Below are positions 11,901 to 27,200 of a DNA stretch of 64,000 nt, piece by piece. Source of the DNA: the human T2T-CHM13v2.0 reference genome, Homo sapiens; assembly GCF_009914755.1 (NCBI RefSeq), contig NC_060933.1; one strand, given 5' to 3'. The notes under the pieces were generated by a model. That model made no database searches, was not told the origin of the DNA, and saw only the letters and a list, made by a program, of their open reading frames with translations. The number at the start of each line of letters is the position of its first letter. The stretch's first letter is position 1. Made by a program: the position numbers and the translations under genes.

Positions 11901-14900
11901 TTTCCATTCCATTCAAGTTGAATCCATTCCATTGCATTCCATTCCATTCCATTCCCCTGCAGTCGGGTTGATCCCATTCCATTCCATTCCATTCCACTCC
12001 ATTCCATTCCATTCCATTCCATTATATTTTATTCGGGTTAATTCCATTCCATTCCATTCCATTCCATTCCGTTCCATTACAATCGAGTTGATTCCACTCC
12101 ATTCCATTCCATTCCAGTCCTTTCCATTCCAATCCACTCGGGTTGATTCCATTCTATTAGTTTCCATTCCATTCCATTCCCTTCCATTCCACTCTGGTTG
12201 ATTCCATTCCTTTCCATTCCACTCGAATAGATTCCCTCCTATTCCACTCGGAACGATTCCATTCCATTCCATTCCATTCCATTCCATTCCATTCCATTCC
12301 ATTCCATTCCATTTCGTACCATTCCATTCTATTCCGTATCATTCCATTCCATTCCATTCCATTCCATTCCATTCCATTCCATTCCATTCCATTGTACTCG
12401 GGTTGATTCCATTCTATTGCATTCCATTCCATTCCATTCCATTCCATTCCATTCCATTCCGTTGCATTCCATTCCATTACATTCGGATTGATTCTATTCA
12501 ACTCCCTTACTCTCCATTACATTCCATTCCATTCGGGTTGTTCCATTCCATTCCATTCCATTCCACTCCATTCCATTGCACTCGGGTTGATTCCATTCCA
12601 TTCCATTCCATTCCATTCCATTCCGGATGATTCCATTCCATTGCATTCCGTTCCATTACATTCCCCTGCACTCGCGTTGATTCCATTCCATTCCATTCCA
12701 TTCCATTCAATTCCATTCCATTACAATTCGTTCCATTCCATTCTATTCCGTACCATTCCATTCCATTCCATACCATTCCATTCCATTCCATTCCATTCCA
12801 TTCCATTCTATTCGGATTAACTCCATTCCATTCCATTCCATTCCATTCTATTCCATTCCATTGCAATCGAGTTGAATCCATTGCATTTCATTCCATTCCA
12901 TTCCATTCCATTCCGGAAGTTTCCATTCCATTGCATTCCATTCCATTCCATTCCATTCCGTTCCGTTCCATTCCATTCCTTTCCATTCCGTTCCGTTCCA
13001 TTCTATTCCATTGCATTCTATTGTGGTTAATTCCATTCCATTCCATTCGATTGCAATCGAGTTGATTCCATTCCATTCCATTCCATTCCATTCCATTCCT
13101 TTCCATTCCATTACGGATGATTCCATTCCATTGCATTCCATTCCATTCCATTCCCCTGTACTCGGGTTGATTCCATTCCATTCCATTCGAATCCATGCCA
13201 TTCCACTCGTGTTGATTCCATTCTTTCCATTCCATTCAAGTTGAATCCATTCCATTGCATTCCATTCATTCGATTCCATTCGATTGCACTCGGGTTGATT
13301 CCATTCCATTGCATTCCATTCCATTCCATTCCATTCCATTCCATTCCGTTCCATTCCATTCCATTACATTCGGATTGATTCTATTCAATTCCCTTACACT
13401 CCATTACATTCCATTCCATTCGGGTAGTTTCCATTCCATTCCATTCCATTCCTCTCCATTCCATTGCACTCGGGTTGATTCCATTCCATTGCATTCCATT
13501 CCATTCCATTCCATTCCATTGTACTCGGGTTTATTCCATTCCATTGCATTCCATTCCATTCCATTCCATTCCATTCCGTTGCATTCCATTCCATTACATT
13601 CGGATTGATTCTATTCAACTCCCTTACTCTCCATTACATTCCATTCCATTCGGGTTGTTCCATTCCATTCCATTCCATTCCACTCCATTCCATTGCACTC
13701 GGGTTGATTCCATTCCATTCCATTCCATTCCATTCCATTCCATTCCGGATGATTCCATTCCATTGCATTCCGTTCCATTACATTCCCCTGCACTCGCGTT
13801 GATTCCATTCCATTCCATTCCATTCCATTCAATTCCATTCCATTACAATTCGTTCCATTCCATTGTATTCCGTACCATTCCATTCCATTCCATACCATTC
13901 CATTCCATTCCATTCCATTCCATTCCGTTCCATTACATTCCATTCCTTTCCATTCCATTCTATTCGAATTAATTCCATTCCATTCCATTCCATTCCATTC
14001 TATTCCATTCCATTGCAATCGACTTGAATCCATTGCATTTCATTCCATTCCATACCATTCCATTCCATTCCATTCCGGAAGATTCCATTCCATTTCATTC
14101 CATTCCATTCCATTCCCCTGCACTCGCGTTGATTCCATTCCATTCCATTCCATTCCAATCCATTCCATTCCGTTCCGTTCCATTCCATTCCGTTCCATTC
14201 CATTCCATTCCATTCCGTTCCGTTCCATTCCATTCCATTCCATTCTATTCGGGTTAATTCCATTCCATTCCATTCGATTGCAATCGAGTTGATTCCATTC
14301 CATTCCATTCCATTCCATTCCATTCCATTCCATTCCTTTCCATTCCATTACGGATGATTCCATTCCATTGCATTCCATTCCATTCCATTCCCCTGTACTC
14401 GGGTTGATTCCATTCCATTCCATTCCAATCCATGCCATTCCGCTCGTGTTGATTCCATTCTTTCCATTCCATTCAAGTTGAATCCATTCCATTGCATTCC
14501 ATTCCATTCGATTCCATTCGATTGCACTCGGTTTGATTCCATTCCATTGCATTCCATTCCATTCCATTTCATTCCATTCCATTCCTTTCCATTCCATTCC
14601 ATTCCATTCCATTCCATTCCATTGCAATCGAGTTGATTCCATTCCATTCCTTTCCATTCCATTCCATTGCCTTGCATTCCAGTCGGGTTGATTCCGTTCC
14701 CTTCTTTCCACTCCATTACATTCCCTTCCATTCCACTCGGAATGATTGATTCCATTCCATTCCATTCCATTTCATTCCATTGCAATCCATTCCAATCCAT
14801 TCCATTCCATTCCATTCCACTCGAGTTGATTTCATTCCATTCCTTTCCATTCCATTCCATTCCTTTCCACTCGAGTTGATTCCATTACATTACATTCCAT

Positions 14901-17900
14901 TGCATTCCGTTCCATGCCATTCCACTCGGGTTGATTCCATTCCATTCCATTCCATTCCATTCCATTGCATTCCATTCCATTCCTTTCCCCTGCACTCGTG
15001 TTGATTCCATTCCATTCCATTCCATTTAATTCTATTCCATTCCATTCCATTCCATTCCAATCCGTTCCATTCCATTCCATTCTATTCCATTGCAATCGAC
15101 TTGATTCCATTCCATTCCATTCCATTCCATTCCATTCTATTCCATTCCATTCCATTCCATTCCATTTTTTTCCAATCCATTCTATTCCGAACCATTCCAT
15201 TCCATTCCATTCCATTCCATTCCAGCCATTCCACTCGGGTTGATTCCATTCCTTTCCATTCCATTCGGGTTGAATCCATTCCACTCCATTCCATTCCATT
15301 CGAATCCATTCCATTGCACTCGGGTTGATTCCATTCCATTCCATTCCATTCGATTCCATTCCATTCCATTCCATTGCGTTCCATTCCATTGCATTACATT
15401 CACATTGATTCTATTCAATTCCCTTACACTCCATTATATTCCAATCCATTCTGGTTGTTTCCATTCCATTCCATTCCATTTCACTCCATTCCATTGCACT
15501 CGGTTTGATTCCATTACATTCCATTCCATTCCATTCCGGATGATTCCATTCCATTGCATTCCATTCCATTCCATTCCCCTGCACTCAGGTTGATTCCATT
15601 CCATTCCATTCCACTCCATTCGGTTCCGTTCCATTCCATTCTATTGCATTCCATTCTATTCGGGTTAATTCCATTCCATTCTATTCCATTCCATTCCATT
15701 CCATTCCATTGCAATGGAGTTGATTCCATTCCATTCCATTCCATTCCGGATGATTCCATTCCATTGCATTCCATTCCATTCCATTCCCCTGCACTCGTGT
15801 TGATTCCATTACCTTCCATTCCATTCCATTCCGTTCCATTCCATTGCATTCCATTCTATTCCGGTTAATTCCATTCCATTCCATTCCATTCCATTCCATT
15901 GCAATCGAGTTGATTGCATTCCATTCCTTTCCATTCCATTCCATTGCCTTGCATTCCAATCGGATTGATTCCATTCCCTTCTTTCCACTCCATTACATTC
16001 CCTTCCATTCCACTCGGAATGATTGATTCCATTCCATTCCATTCCATTTCATTCCGTTGCAATCCATTCCAATCTATTCCATTCCATTCCATTCCAGTCG
16101 AGTTGATTTCATTCCATTCCTTTCCATTCCATTCCATTCCTTTCCACTCGAGTTGATTCCATTCCATTCCATTCCATTGCATTCCATTCCATGCCATTCC
16201 ACTCGGGTTGATTCCATTCCTTTGCATTCCATTCCATTCCATTCCATTCCATTCCATTCCATTCCGTTGCATTCCATTCCATTACATTCGGATTGATTCT
16301 ATTCAACTCCCTTACTCTCCATTACATTCCATTCCATTCGGGTTGTTCCATTCCATTCCATTCCATTCCACTCCATTCCATTGCACTCGGGTTGATTCCA
16401 TTCCATTCCATTCCATTCCATTCCATTCCATCCCGGATGATTCCATTCCATTGCATTCCGTTCCATTACATTCCCCGGCACTCGCGTTGATTCCATTCCA
16501 TTCCATTCCATTCCATTCAATTCCATTCCATTACAATTCGTTCCGTTCCATTCTATTCCGTACCATTCCATTCCATTCCATACCATTCCATTCCATTCCA
16601 TTCCATTCCATTCCATTCCATTCCGTTCCATTCCGTTCCATTCCATTCCATTCGATTCTATTCGGGTTAATTCCATTCCATTCCATTCCATTCCATTCCA
16701 TTCCATTCCGTTCCGTTCCGTTCCGTTCCTTTCCATTCCATTCCATTCCATTCCGTTCCGTTCCGTTCCATTCCATTCCATTCCATTCTATTCGGGTTAA
16801 TTCCATTCCATTCCATTCGATTGCAATCGTGTTGATTCCATTCCATTCCATTCCATTCCATTCCATTCCATTCCTTTCCATTCCATTACGGATGATTCCA
16901 TTCCATTGCATTCCATTCCATTCCATTACCCTGTACTCGGGTTGATTCCATTCCATTCCATTCCAATCCATGCCATTCCACTCGTGTTGATTCCATTCTT
17001 TCCATTCCATTCAAGTTGAATCCATTCCATTGCATTCCATTCCATTCGATTCCATTCGATTTCACTCGGGTTGATTCCATTCCGTTGCATTCCATTCCAT
17101 TCCATTCCATTCCATTCCATTCCATTCCTTTCCATTCCATTCCATTACATTCGGATTTATTCTATTCAATTCCCTTACACTCCATTACATTCCATTCCAT
17201 TCGGGTAGTTTCCATTCCATTCCATTCCATTCCTCTCCATTCCATTGCACTCAGGTTGATTCCATTCCATTGCATCCCATTCCATTCCATTCAATTCCAT
17301 TCCGTTCCATTCCATTCCATTACTTTCGGATTGATTTTATTCAACTCCCTTAGTCTCCATTACATTCCATTCCATTCGGGTTGTTCCATTCCATTCCATT
17401 CCATTCCATTCCACTCCATTCCATTGCACTCGGGTTTATTCCATTCCATTCCAATCCATTCCATTCAATTCCATTCCATTCCGGAAGACTCCATTCCATT
17501 GCATTCCATTCCATTCCATTCCCCTGCACTCGCGTTGATTCCATTCCATTCCATTCCATTCCATTCCATTCCATTCCATTCCATTCCCTTCCTTTGCGTT
17601 CCATTCCATTCCATTGCATTCCATTCCATTCCATTCCATTCCGTTCCGTTCCATTCCATTCCATTCCATTCTATTCGGGTTAATTCCATTCCATTCCATT
17701 CGATTGCAATCGAGTTGATTCCATTCCATTCCATTCCATTCCATTCCATTCCATTCCATTCCTTTCCATTCCATTACGGATGATTCCATTCCATTGCATT
17801 CCATTCCATTCCATTCCCCTGTACTCAGGTTGATTCCATTCCATTCCATTCCAATCCATGCCATTCCACTCGTGTTGATTCCATTCTTTCCATTCCATTC

Positions 17901-18246
17901 AAGTTGAATCCATTCCATTGCATTCCATTCTATTCCATTCCATTCCATTCCATTCCATTCCGTTCCATTCCATTCCATTACATTCGGATTGATTCTATTC
18001 AATTCCTTTACACTCCATTACATTCCATTCCATTCGGGTAGTTTCCATTCCATTCCATTCCATTCCTCTCCATTCCATTGAACTCGGGTTGATTCCATTC
18101 CACTGCATTCCATTCCATTCCATTCAATTCCATTCCGTTCCATTCCATTCCATTACATTCGGATTGATTCTATTCAACTCCCTTACTCTCCATTACATTC
18201 CATTCCATTCGGGTTGTTCTATTCCATTCCATTCCATTCCATTCCA
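8958..18246 (+). repeat. ~9.3 kb higher-order repeat, downstream copy
   Basis: 9300-18246 matches 1-8957 except for four 5-bp indels and three substitutions that I could see (4719/14013, 6227/15516, 7874/17158). Confidence 0.93.
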
Positions 18247-21200
18247 CTCCATTCCTTTGCACTCGGGTTTATTCCATTCCATTCCATTCCATTCCATTCC
18301 ATTCCATTCCATTCCGGAAGATTCCATTCCATTGCATTCCATTCGATTCCATTCCCCTGCACTCGCGTTGATTCCATTCCATTCCATTCCATTCCATTCC
18401 ATTCCATTCCATTCCTTTCCGTTCCATTCCATTCCATTCCATTCCAATCCATTCCATTCCGTTCCGTTCCGTTCCATTCCATTCCATTCCATTCTATTCG
18501 GGTTAATTCCATTCCATTCCATTCGATTGCAATCGAGTTGATTCCATTCCATTCCATTCCATTCCATTCCATTCCATTCCTTTCCATTCCATTACGGATG
18601 ATTCCATTCCATTGCATTCCATTCCATTCCATTCCCCTGTACTCGGTTTGATTCCATTCCATTCCATTCCAATCCATGCCATTCCACTCCTGTTGATTCT
18701 ATTCTTTCCATTCCATTCAAGTTGAATCCATTCCATTGCATTCCATTCCATTCCATTCCCCGGCAGTCGGGTTGTTTCCATTCCATTCCATTCCATTCCA
18801 TTCCATTCCATTCCATTCCGTTCCGTTCCATTCCATTCCATTCCATTCTATTCGGGTTAATTCCATTCCATTCCATTCCATTCCAATCGAGTTGATTCCA
18901 TTCCATTCCATTCCATTCTATTCTGGATGATTCCATTCCATTGCATTCCATTCCATTCCATTCCATTTTATTCGGGTTAATTCCATTCCATTCCATTCCG
19001 TTCCATTCCATTCCATTCCATTCCATTACAATCGAGTTGATTCCATTCCATTCCATTCCATTCCATTCCATTCCCTTCCTTTCCATTCAATTCCACTCGG
19101 GTTGATTCCATTCTATTAGTTTCCATTCCATTCCATTCCCTTCCATTCCACTCTGGTTGATTCCATTCCTTTCCATTCCACTCGAATACATTCCCTCCTA
19201 TTCCACTCGGAACGATTCCATTCCATTCCATTCCATTCCATTCCATTCCATTCCATTCCATTCCATTTCGTTCCATTCCATTCTATTCCGTATCATTCCG
19301 TTCCATTCCATTCCATTGCATTCCATTCCATTCCATTCCACTCGTGTTGATTTCATTCCTTTCCATTCCATTCGGTTTGAAGGCATTCCATTCCATTCCA
19401 TTCCATTCCATTCCATTCCATTCCATTCCATTCCATCGTACTCGGGTTGATTCCATTCCATTGCATTCCATTCCATTCCATTCCATTCCATTCCGTTGCA
19501 TTCCATTCCGTTACATTCGGATTGATTCTATTCAACTCCCTTACTCTCCATTACATTCTATTCCATTCGGGTTGTTCCATTCCATTCCATTCCATTCCAC
19601 TCCATTCCATTGCACTCGGATTGATTCCATTCCATTCCATTCCATTCCATTCAATTCCATTCCATTCCGGATGATTCCATTCCATTGCATTCCGTTCCAT
19701 TACATTCCCCTGCACTCGCGTTGATTCCATTCCATTCCATTCCATTCCATTCAATTCCATTCCATTACAATTCGTTCCATTCCATTCTATTCCGTACCAT
19801 TCCATTCCATTCCATACCATTCCATTCCATTCCATTCCATTCCATTCCATTCCATTCCATTCCGTTCCATTCCGTTCCATTCCATTCCATTCCATTCTAT
19901 TCGGGTTAATTCCTTTCCATTCCATTCCATTCCATTGCATTCCATTCCATTCTATTCCATTCTATTGCAATCGAGTTGAATCCATTGCATTTCATTCAAT
20001 TCCATTCCATTCCATTCCGGAAGATTCCATTCCATTGCATTCCATTCCATTCCATTCCCCTGCACTTGCGTTGATTCCATTCCATTCCATTCCATTCCAT
20101 TCCATTCCGTTCCGTTCCATTCCATTCCATTCCATTCTATTCGGGTTAATTCCATTCCATTCCATTCGATTGCAATCGAGTTGATTCCATTCCATTCCAT
20201 TCCATTCCATTCCGTTCCATTCCACTCCTTTCCATTCCATTACGGATGATTCCATTCCATTGCATTCCATTCCATTCCATTCCCCTGTACTCGGGTTGAT
20301 TCCATTCCATTCCCTTCCAATCCATGCCATTCCACTCGTGTTGATTCCATTTTTCCATTCCATTCAAGTTGAATCCATTCCATTGCATTCCATTCCATTC
20401 GATTCCATTCGATTGCACTCGGGTTGATTCCATTCCATTGCATTCCATTCCATTCCATTCCATTCCATTGCATTCCATTCCTTTCCATTCCATTTCATTA
20501 CATTCAGATTGATTCTATTCAATTCCCTTACACTCCATTATATTCCAATCCATTCTGGTTGTTTCCATTCCATTCCATTCCATTTGACTCCATTCCATTG
20601 CACTTGGTTTGATTCCATTCCATTGCATTCCATTCCATTCCATTCCGGATGATTCCATTCCATTGCATTCCTTTCCATTCCATTCCCCTGCATTCGGGTT
20701 GATTCCATTCCATTCCATTCCATTACATTCCGTTCCATTCCATTCCATTCCATTCGGATTGATTCTATTCAATTCCCTTACAGTGCAATGCATTCCATTC
20801 CATTCGGGTAGTTTCCATTCCATTCCATTCCATTCCTCTCCATTCCATTGCACTCGGGTTGATTCCATTCCATTCCATTCCATTCCATTCCATTACATTA
20901 CATTACATTTCGTTCCATTGTACTCGGGTTGATTCCATTCCATTGCATTCCATTCCATTCCATTCCATTAAATCCCATTCCATTCCATTCCATTCCTTTC
21001 CATTCCATTACATTCGGATTGATTCTATTCAACTCCCTAACTCTCCATTACATTCCATTCCATTCGGGTTGTACCATTCCATTCCATTCCACTCCATTCC
21101 ATTGCACTCGGGTTGATTCCATTCCATTCCATTCCATTCAATTCCATTGCATTCCGTTCCATTACATTCCCCTGCACTCGGGTTGATTCCATTCCATTCC

Positions 21201-24200
21201 ATTCCATTCCATTCGATTCCATTCCATTCCAATTCTTTCCATTCCATTCTATTCCGTACCATTCCATTCCATTCCATACAATTCCATTCCATTCCACTCC
21301 GTTCCGTTCCGTTCCGTTACGTTACGTTCCATTCCATTCCATTCCATTCTATTCGGTTTAATTCCATTCCATTCCATTCCATTCCATTCTATTCCATTCC
21401 ATTGCAATCGAGTTGAATCCATTGCATTCCATTCCATTCCATTCCATTCCATTCCGGAAGATTCCATTCCATTGCATTCCATTCCATTCCATTCCATTCC
21501 ATTCCATTCCATTCCATTCCATTCCATTGTACTCGGGTTGATTCCACTCCATTGCATTCCATTCCATTCCATTCCATTCCATTCCATTCCATTCCATTCC
21601 ATTCCATTCCTCTCCATTCCATTGCACTCGGGTTGATTCCATTCCATTGCATTCCATTCCATTCCATTCAATTCCATTCCGTTCCATTCCATTCCATTAC
21701 ATTCGGATTGATTCTCTTCAACTCCCTTACTCTCCATTACATTCCATTCCATTTGGGTTGTTCCATTCCATTCCATTCCATTCCACTCCATTCCATTGCA
21801 CTCGGGTTGATTCCATTCCATTCCATTCCATTCCATTCCATTCCGGATGATTCCATTCCTTTGCATTCCGTTCCATTACATTCCCCTGCACTCGGGTTGA
21901 TTCCATTCCATTCCATTCCATTCCATTCAATTCCATTCCATTACAATTCGTTCCATTCCATTCTATTCTGTACCATTCCATTCCATTCCATACCATTTCA
22001 TTCCATTCCATTCCATTCCATTCCGTTCCAATCCGTTCCATTCCATTCCATTCCATTCTATTCGGGTTAATTCCATTCCATTCCATTCCATTCCATTCCA
22101 TTCTATTCCATTCCATTGCATTCGAGTTGAATCAATTGCATTTCATTCCATTCCATTCCATTCCATTCCATTCCGGAAGATTCCATTCCATTGCATTCCA
22201 TGCCATTCCATTCCCCTGCACTCGCGTTGATTCCATTCCATTCCATTCCATTCCATTCCATCCATTCCGTTCCGTTCCGTTCCATTCCATTCCATTCCAT
22301 TCCATTCCATTCCGTTCCGTTCCATTCCATTCCATTCCATTCTATTCGGGTTAATTCCATTCCATTGCATTCGATTGCAATCGAGTTGATTCCATTCCAT
22401 TCCATTCCATTCCATTCCATTCCATTCCTTTCCATTCCATTACGGATGATTCCATTCCATTGCATTCCATTCCATTCCATTCCCCTGTACTCGGGTTGAT
22501 TCCATTCCATTCCATTCCAATCCATGCCATTCCACTCGTGTTGATTCCATTCTTTCCATTCCATTCAAGTTGAATCCATTCCATTGCATTCCATTCCATT
22601 CCATTACCCTGCAGTCGGGTTGATTCCGTTCCATTCCATTCCATTCCATTCCATTCCATTCCGTTACGATCCGTTCCATTCCATTCCATTCCATTCCATT
22701 CTATTCGGGTTATTTCCATTCCATTCCATTCCATTCCATTCCAATCGAGTTGATTCCATTCCATTCCATTCCATTCCATTCCACTCCGTTCGAGTCCTTT
22801 CCATTCCATTCCACTCGGGTTGATTGCAATGTATTCCTTTCCATTCCATTCCATTCCATTGCAATCGAGTTGATTCCATTGCTTTGCATTCCATTCCATT
22901 CCATTCCATTCCGGATGATTCCATTCCATTGCATTCCATTCCATTCCATTCCCCTGCACTCGGGTTGATTCCATTCCATTCCACTCCATTCCGTTCCATT
23001 CCATTCCATTCCCTTGTATTCGGGTTAATTCCATTCCATTCCATTCCATTCCATTCCATTCCATTCCATGACAATCGAGTTGATTCCATTCCATTCCATT
23101 CCATTCCAGTCCTTTCCATTCCATTCCACTCGGGTTGATTTCATTCTATTAGTTTCCATTCCATTCCATTCCCTTCCATTCCACTCTGGTTGATACCATT
23201 CCTTTCCATTCCACTCGAATACATTCCCTCCTATTCCACTCGGAACGATTCCATTCCATTCCATTCCATTCCATTCCATTCCATTTCGTTCCATTCCATT
23301 CTATTCCGTATCATTCCATTGCATTCCGTTCCATTCCATTGTACTCAGGTTGATTCAATTCCATTGCATTCCATTCCATTCCATTCCATTCCATTCCGTT
23401 GCATTCCATTCCATTACATTCGGATTGATTCTATTCAACTCCCTTACTCTCCATTACATTCCACTGCATTCGGGTTGTTCCATTCCATTCCATTCCATTC
23501 CACTCCATTCCATTGCACTCGGGGTGATTCCATTCCATTCCATTCCATTCCATTCCATTCCATTCCATTCCGGATGATTCCATTCCATTGAATTCCGTTC
23601 CATTACATTCCCCTGCACTCGCGTTGATTCCATTCCATTCCATTCCATTCCATTCAATTCCATTCCATTACAATTCGTTCCATTCCATTCTATTCCGTAC
23701 CATTCCATTCCATTCCATAGCATTCCATTCCATTCCATTCCATTCCATTCCGTTCCATTCCGTTCCATTCCATTCCATTCCATTCTATTCGGATTAATTC
23801 CATTCCATTCCATTCCATTCCATTCTATTCGGATTAATTCCATTCCATTCCATTGCATTCCATTCCATTCCATTCCGGATGATTCCATTCCATTGCATTC
23901 CATTCTATTCCATTCATCTGCACTCGGGTTGATTCCATTCCATTCCATTCCATTACATTCCGTTCCATTCCATTCCATTCCATTCGGATTGATTCTATTC
24001 AATTCCCTTAAACTCCATTACATTTCATTCCATTCGGGTAGTTTCCATTCCATTCCATTCCATTCCTCTCCATTCCATTGCACTCGGGTTGATTCCATTC
24101 CATTCCATTCCATTCCATTACATTCCATTCCATTCCGTTCCATTGTACTCGGGTTGATTCCATTCCATTGCATTCCATTCCCTTCCATTCCATTCCATTC

Positions 24201-27200
24201 CATTCCGTTCCATTCCATTACATTCGGATTGATTCTATTCAACTCCCTTACTCTCCATTACATTCCATTCCATTCGGGTTGTTCCATTCCATTCCATTCC
24301 ATTCCACTCCATTCCATTGCACTCGGCTTGATTCCATTCCATTCCATTCCATTCCATTCCATTCCATTCCATTCCGGATGATTCCATTCCATTTCATTCC
24401 GTTCCATTACATACCCCTGCACTCGGGTTGATTCCATTCCATTCCATTCGATTCCATTCCATTCCAATTATTTCCATTCCATTCTATTCCGTACCTTGCC
24501 ATTCCATTCCATACAATTCCATTCCATTCCTTTCCACTCCTTTCCGTTCCGTTCCGTTCCGTTCCGTTCCATTCCATTCCATTCCATTCTATTCCGTTTA
24601 ATTCCATTCCATTCCATTCCATTCCATTCCATTCTATTCCATTCCATTGCAATCGAGTTGAATCCATTGCATTCCATTCCATTCCATTCGATTCCGGAAG
24701 TTTCCATTCCATTGCATTCCATTCCATTCCATTCCATTCCATTCCATTCCATTGCATTGTACTCGGGTTGATTCCATTGCATTGCATTCCATTCCATTCC
24801 ATTCCATTCCATTCCGTTCCATTCCATTCCATTACATTCGGATTGATTCTTTTCAACTGCCTTACTCTCCACTGCATTCCATTCCATTCGGGTTGTTCCA
24901 TTCCATTCCATTCCATTCCACTCCATTCCATTGCACTCGGGTGGATTCCATTCCATTCCTTTCCATTCCATTCCGGATGATTCCATTGCATTGCATTCCG
25001 TTCCATTACATTCCCCTGCACTCGGGTTGATTCCATTCCATTCCATTCCATTCCATTCGATTCCATTCCATTCCCCTGAACTCGCGTTGATTCCATTCCA
25101 TTCCATTCCATTCCATTCCATTCCATTCCATTCCATTCCTTTCCATTCTAGTCCTTTCCATTCCATTCCACTCGGGTTGATTCTATTCTATTAGTTTCCA
25201 TTCCATTCCATTCCCTTCCATTCTACTCGGGTTGATTCCATTCCATTCCATGCCACTCCATTCGGTTCCGTTGCATTCCATTCTATTGCATTCCATTCTA
25301 TTCGGGTTAATTCCATTCCATTCTATTCCATTCCATTCCATTCCATTCCATTGCAATGGAGTTGATTCCATTCCATTCCATTCCATTCCGGATGATTCCA
25401 TTCCATTGCATTCCATTCCATTCCATTCCCCTGCACTCGTGTTGATTGCATTCCTTTCCATTCCATTCCATTCCGTTCCATTCCATTCCATTCCATTCTA
25501 TTCCTGTTAATTCCATTCCATTCCATTCCATTCCATTCCATTCCATTCCATTGCAATCGAGTTGATTCCACTCCATTCCTTTCCATTCCATTCCATTGCC
25601 TTGCATTCCACTCGGGTTGACTCCATTCCCTTCTTTCCACTCCATTAGATTCCCTTCCATTCCACTCGGAATGATTGATTCCATTCCATTCCATTCCGTT
25701 TCATTCCATTGCAATCCATTCCAATCCATTCCATTCCATTCCATTCCACACGAGTTGACTTCATTCCATTTCTTTCCATTCCATTCCATTCCTTTCCACT
25801 CGAGTTGATTCCATTCCATTCCATTCCATTGCATTCCATTCCATTCCTTTCCCCTGCACTCGGGTTGATTCCATTCCATTCCATTCCATTTAATTCCATT
25901 CCATTCCATTCCATTCCATTCCAATCCGTTCCATTCTATTCCTTTCTATTCCATTGCAATCGACTTGATTCCATTCCATTCCATTCCATTCCATTCCATT
26001 CCATTCCATCCAATTCCATTCCATTCCATTTTGCTCCAATCCATTCTATTCCGAACCATTCCATTCCATTCCATTCCATTCCATTCCATTCCATTCCCTT
26101 CCATTCCATTCCATTTTGTTCCAATCCATTCTATTCCGAACCATTCCATTCCATTCCATTCCATTCCGTTCCATTCCATTCCATGCCATTCCACTCGGGT
26201 TGATTCCATTCCTTTCCATTCCATTCCTCTCCATTCCATTGCACTCGGGTGGATTCCATTCCATTGCATTCCATTCCATTCCATTCAATTCCATTCCATT
26301 CCATTCCATTCCGTTCCATTCCTTTCCATTACATTCGGATTGATTCTATTCAATTCCCTTACACTCCAATACATTCCATTCCATTCGGGTAGTTTCTACT
26401 CCATTCCATTCCATTCCTCTCCATTCCATTGCACTTGGGTTGATTCCATTCCATTGCATTCCATTCCATTCCATTCCATTCCATTCCGTTCCATTCCATT
26501 CCATTACATTCGGATTGATTCTATTCAACTCCCTTACTCTCCATTACATTCGATTCCATTCGGGTTGTTCCATTCCATTCCATTCCATTCCACTCCATTC
26601 CATTGCATTCGGGTTGATTCCATTCCATTCCATTCCATTCCATTCGGGAAGATTCCGTTCCATTGCATTCCATTACATTCCATTCCCCTGCACTCGCCTT
26701 GATTCCATTCCATTCCATTCCATTCCATTCCATTCCGTTCCATTCCATTCCATTCCATTCCATTCCGTTCCGTTCCATTCCATTCCATTCCATTCTATTC
26801 GGGTTAATTCCATTGCATTCCATTCTATTGCAATCGTGTTTATTCCATTCCATTCCATTCTATTCCATTCCATTCCTTTCCATTCCATTACGGATGATTC
26901 CATTCCATTGCATTCCATTCCATTCCATTCCCCTGTACTCGGGTTGATTCCATTCCATTGCATTCCAATCCATGCCCTTCCACTCGTGTTGATTCCATTC
27001 TTTCCATTCCATTCAGGTTGAATCCATTCCATTGCATTCCATTCCATTCGATTCCATTCGATTGCACTCGGGTTGATTCCATTCCATTGCATTCCATTCC
27101 ATTCAATTCCATTCCATTCCATTCCTTTCCCTTCCATTCCATTCCATTACATTCGGATTGATTCTATTCAATTCCCTTAGACTCCATTACATTACATTCC

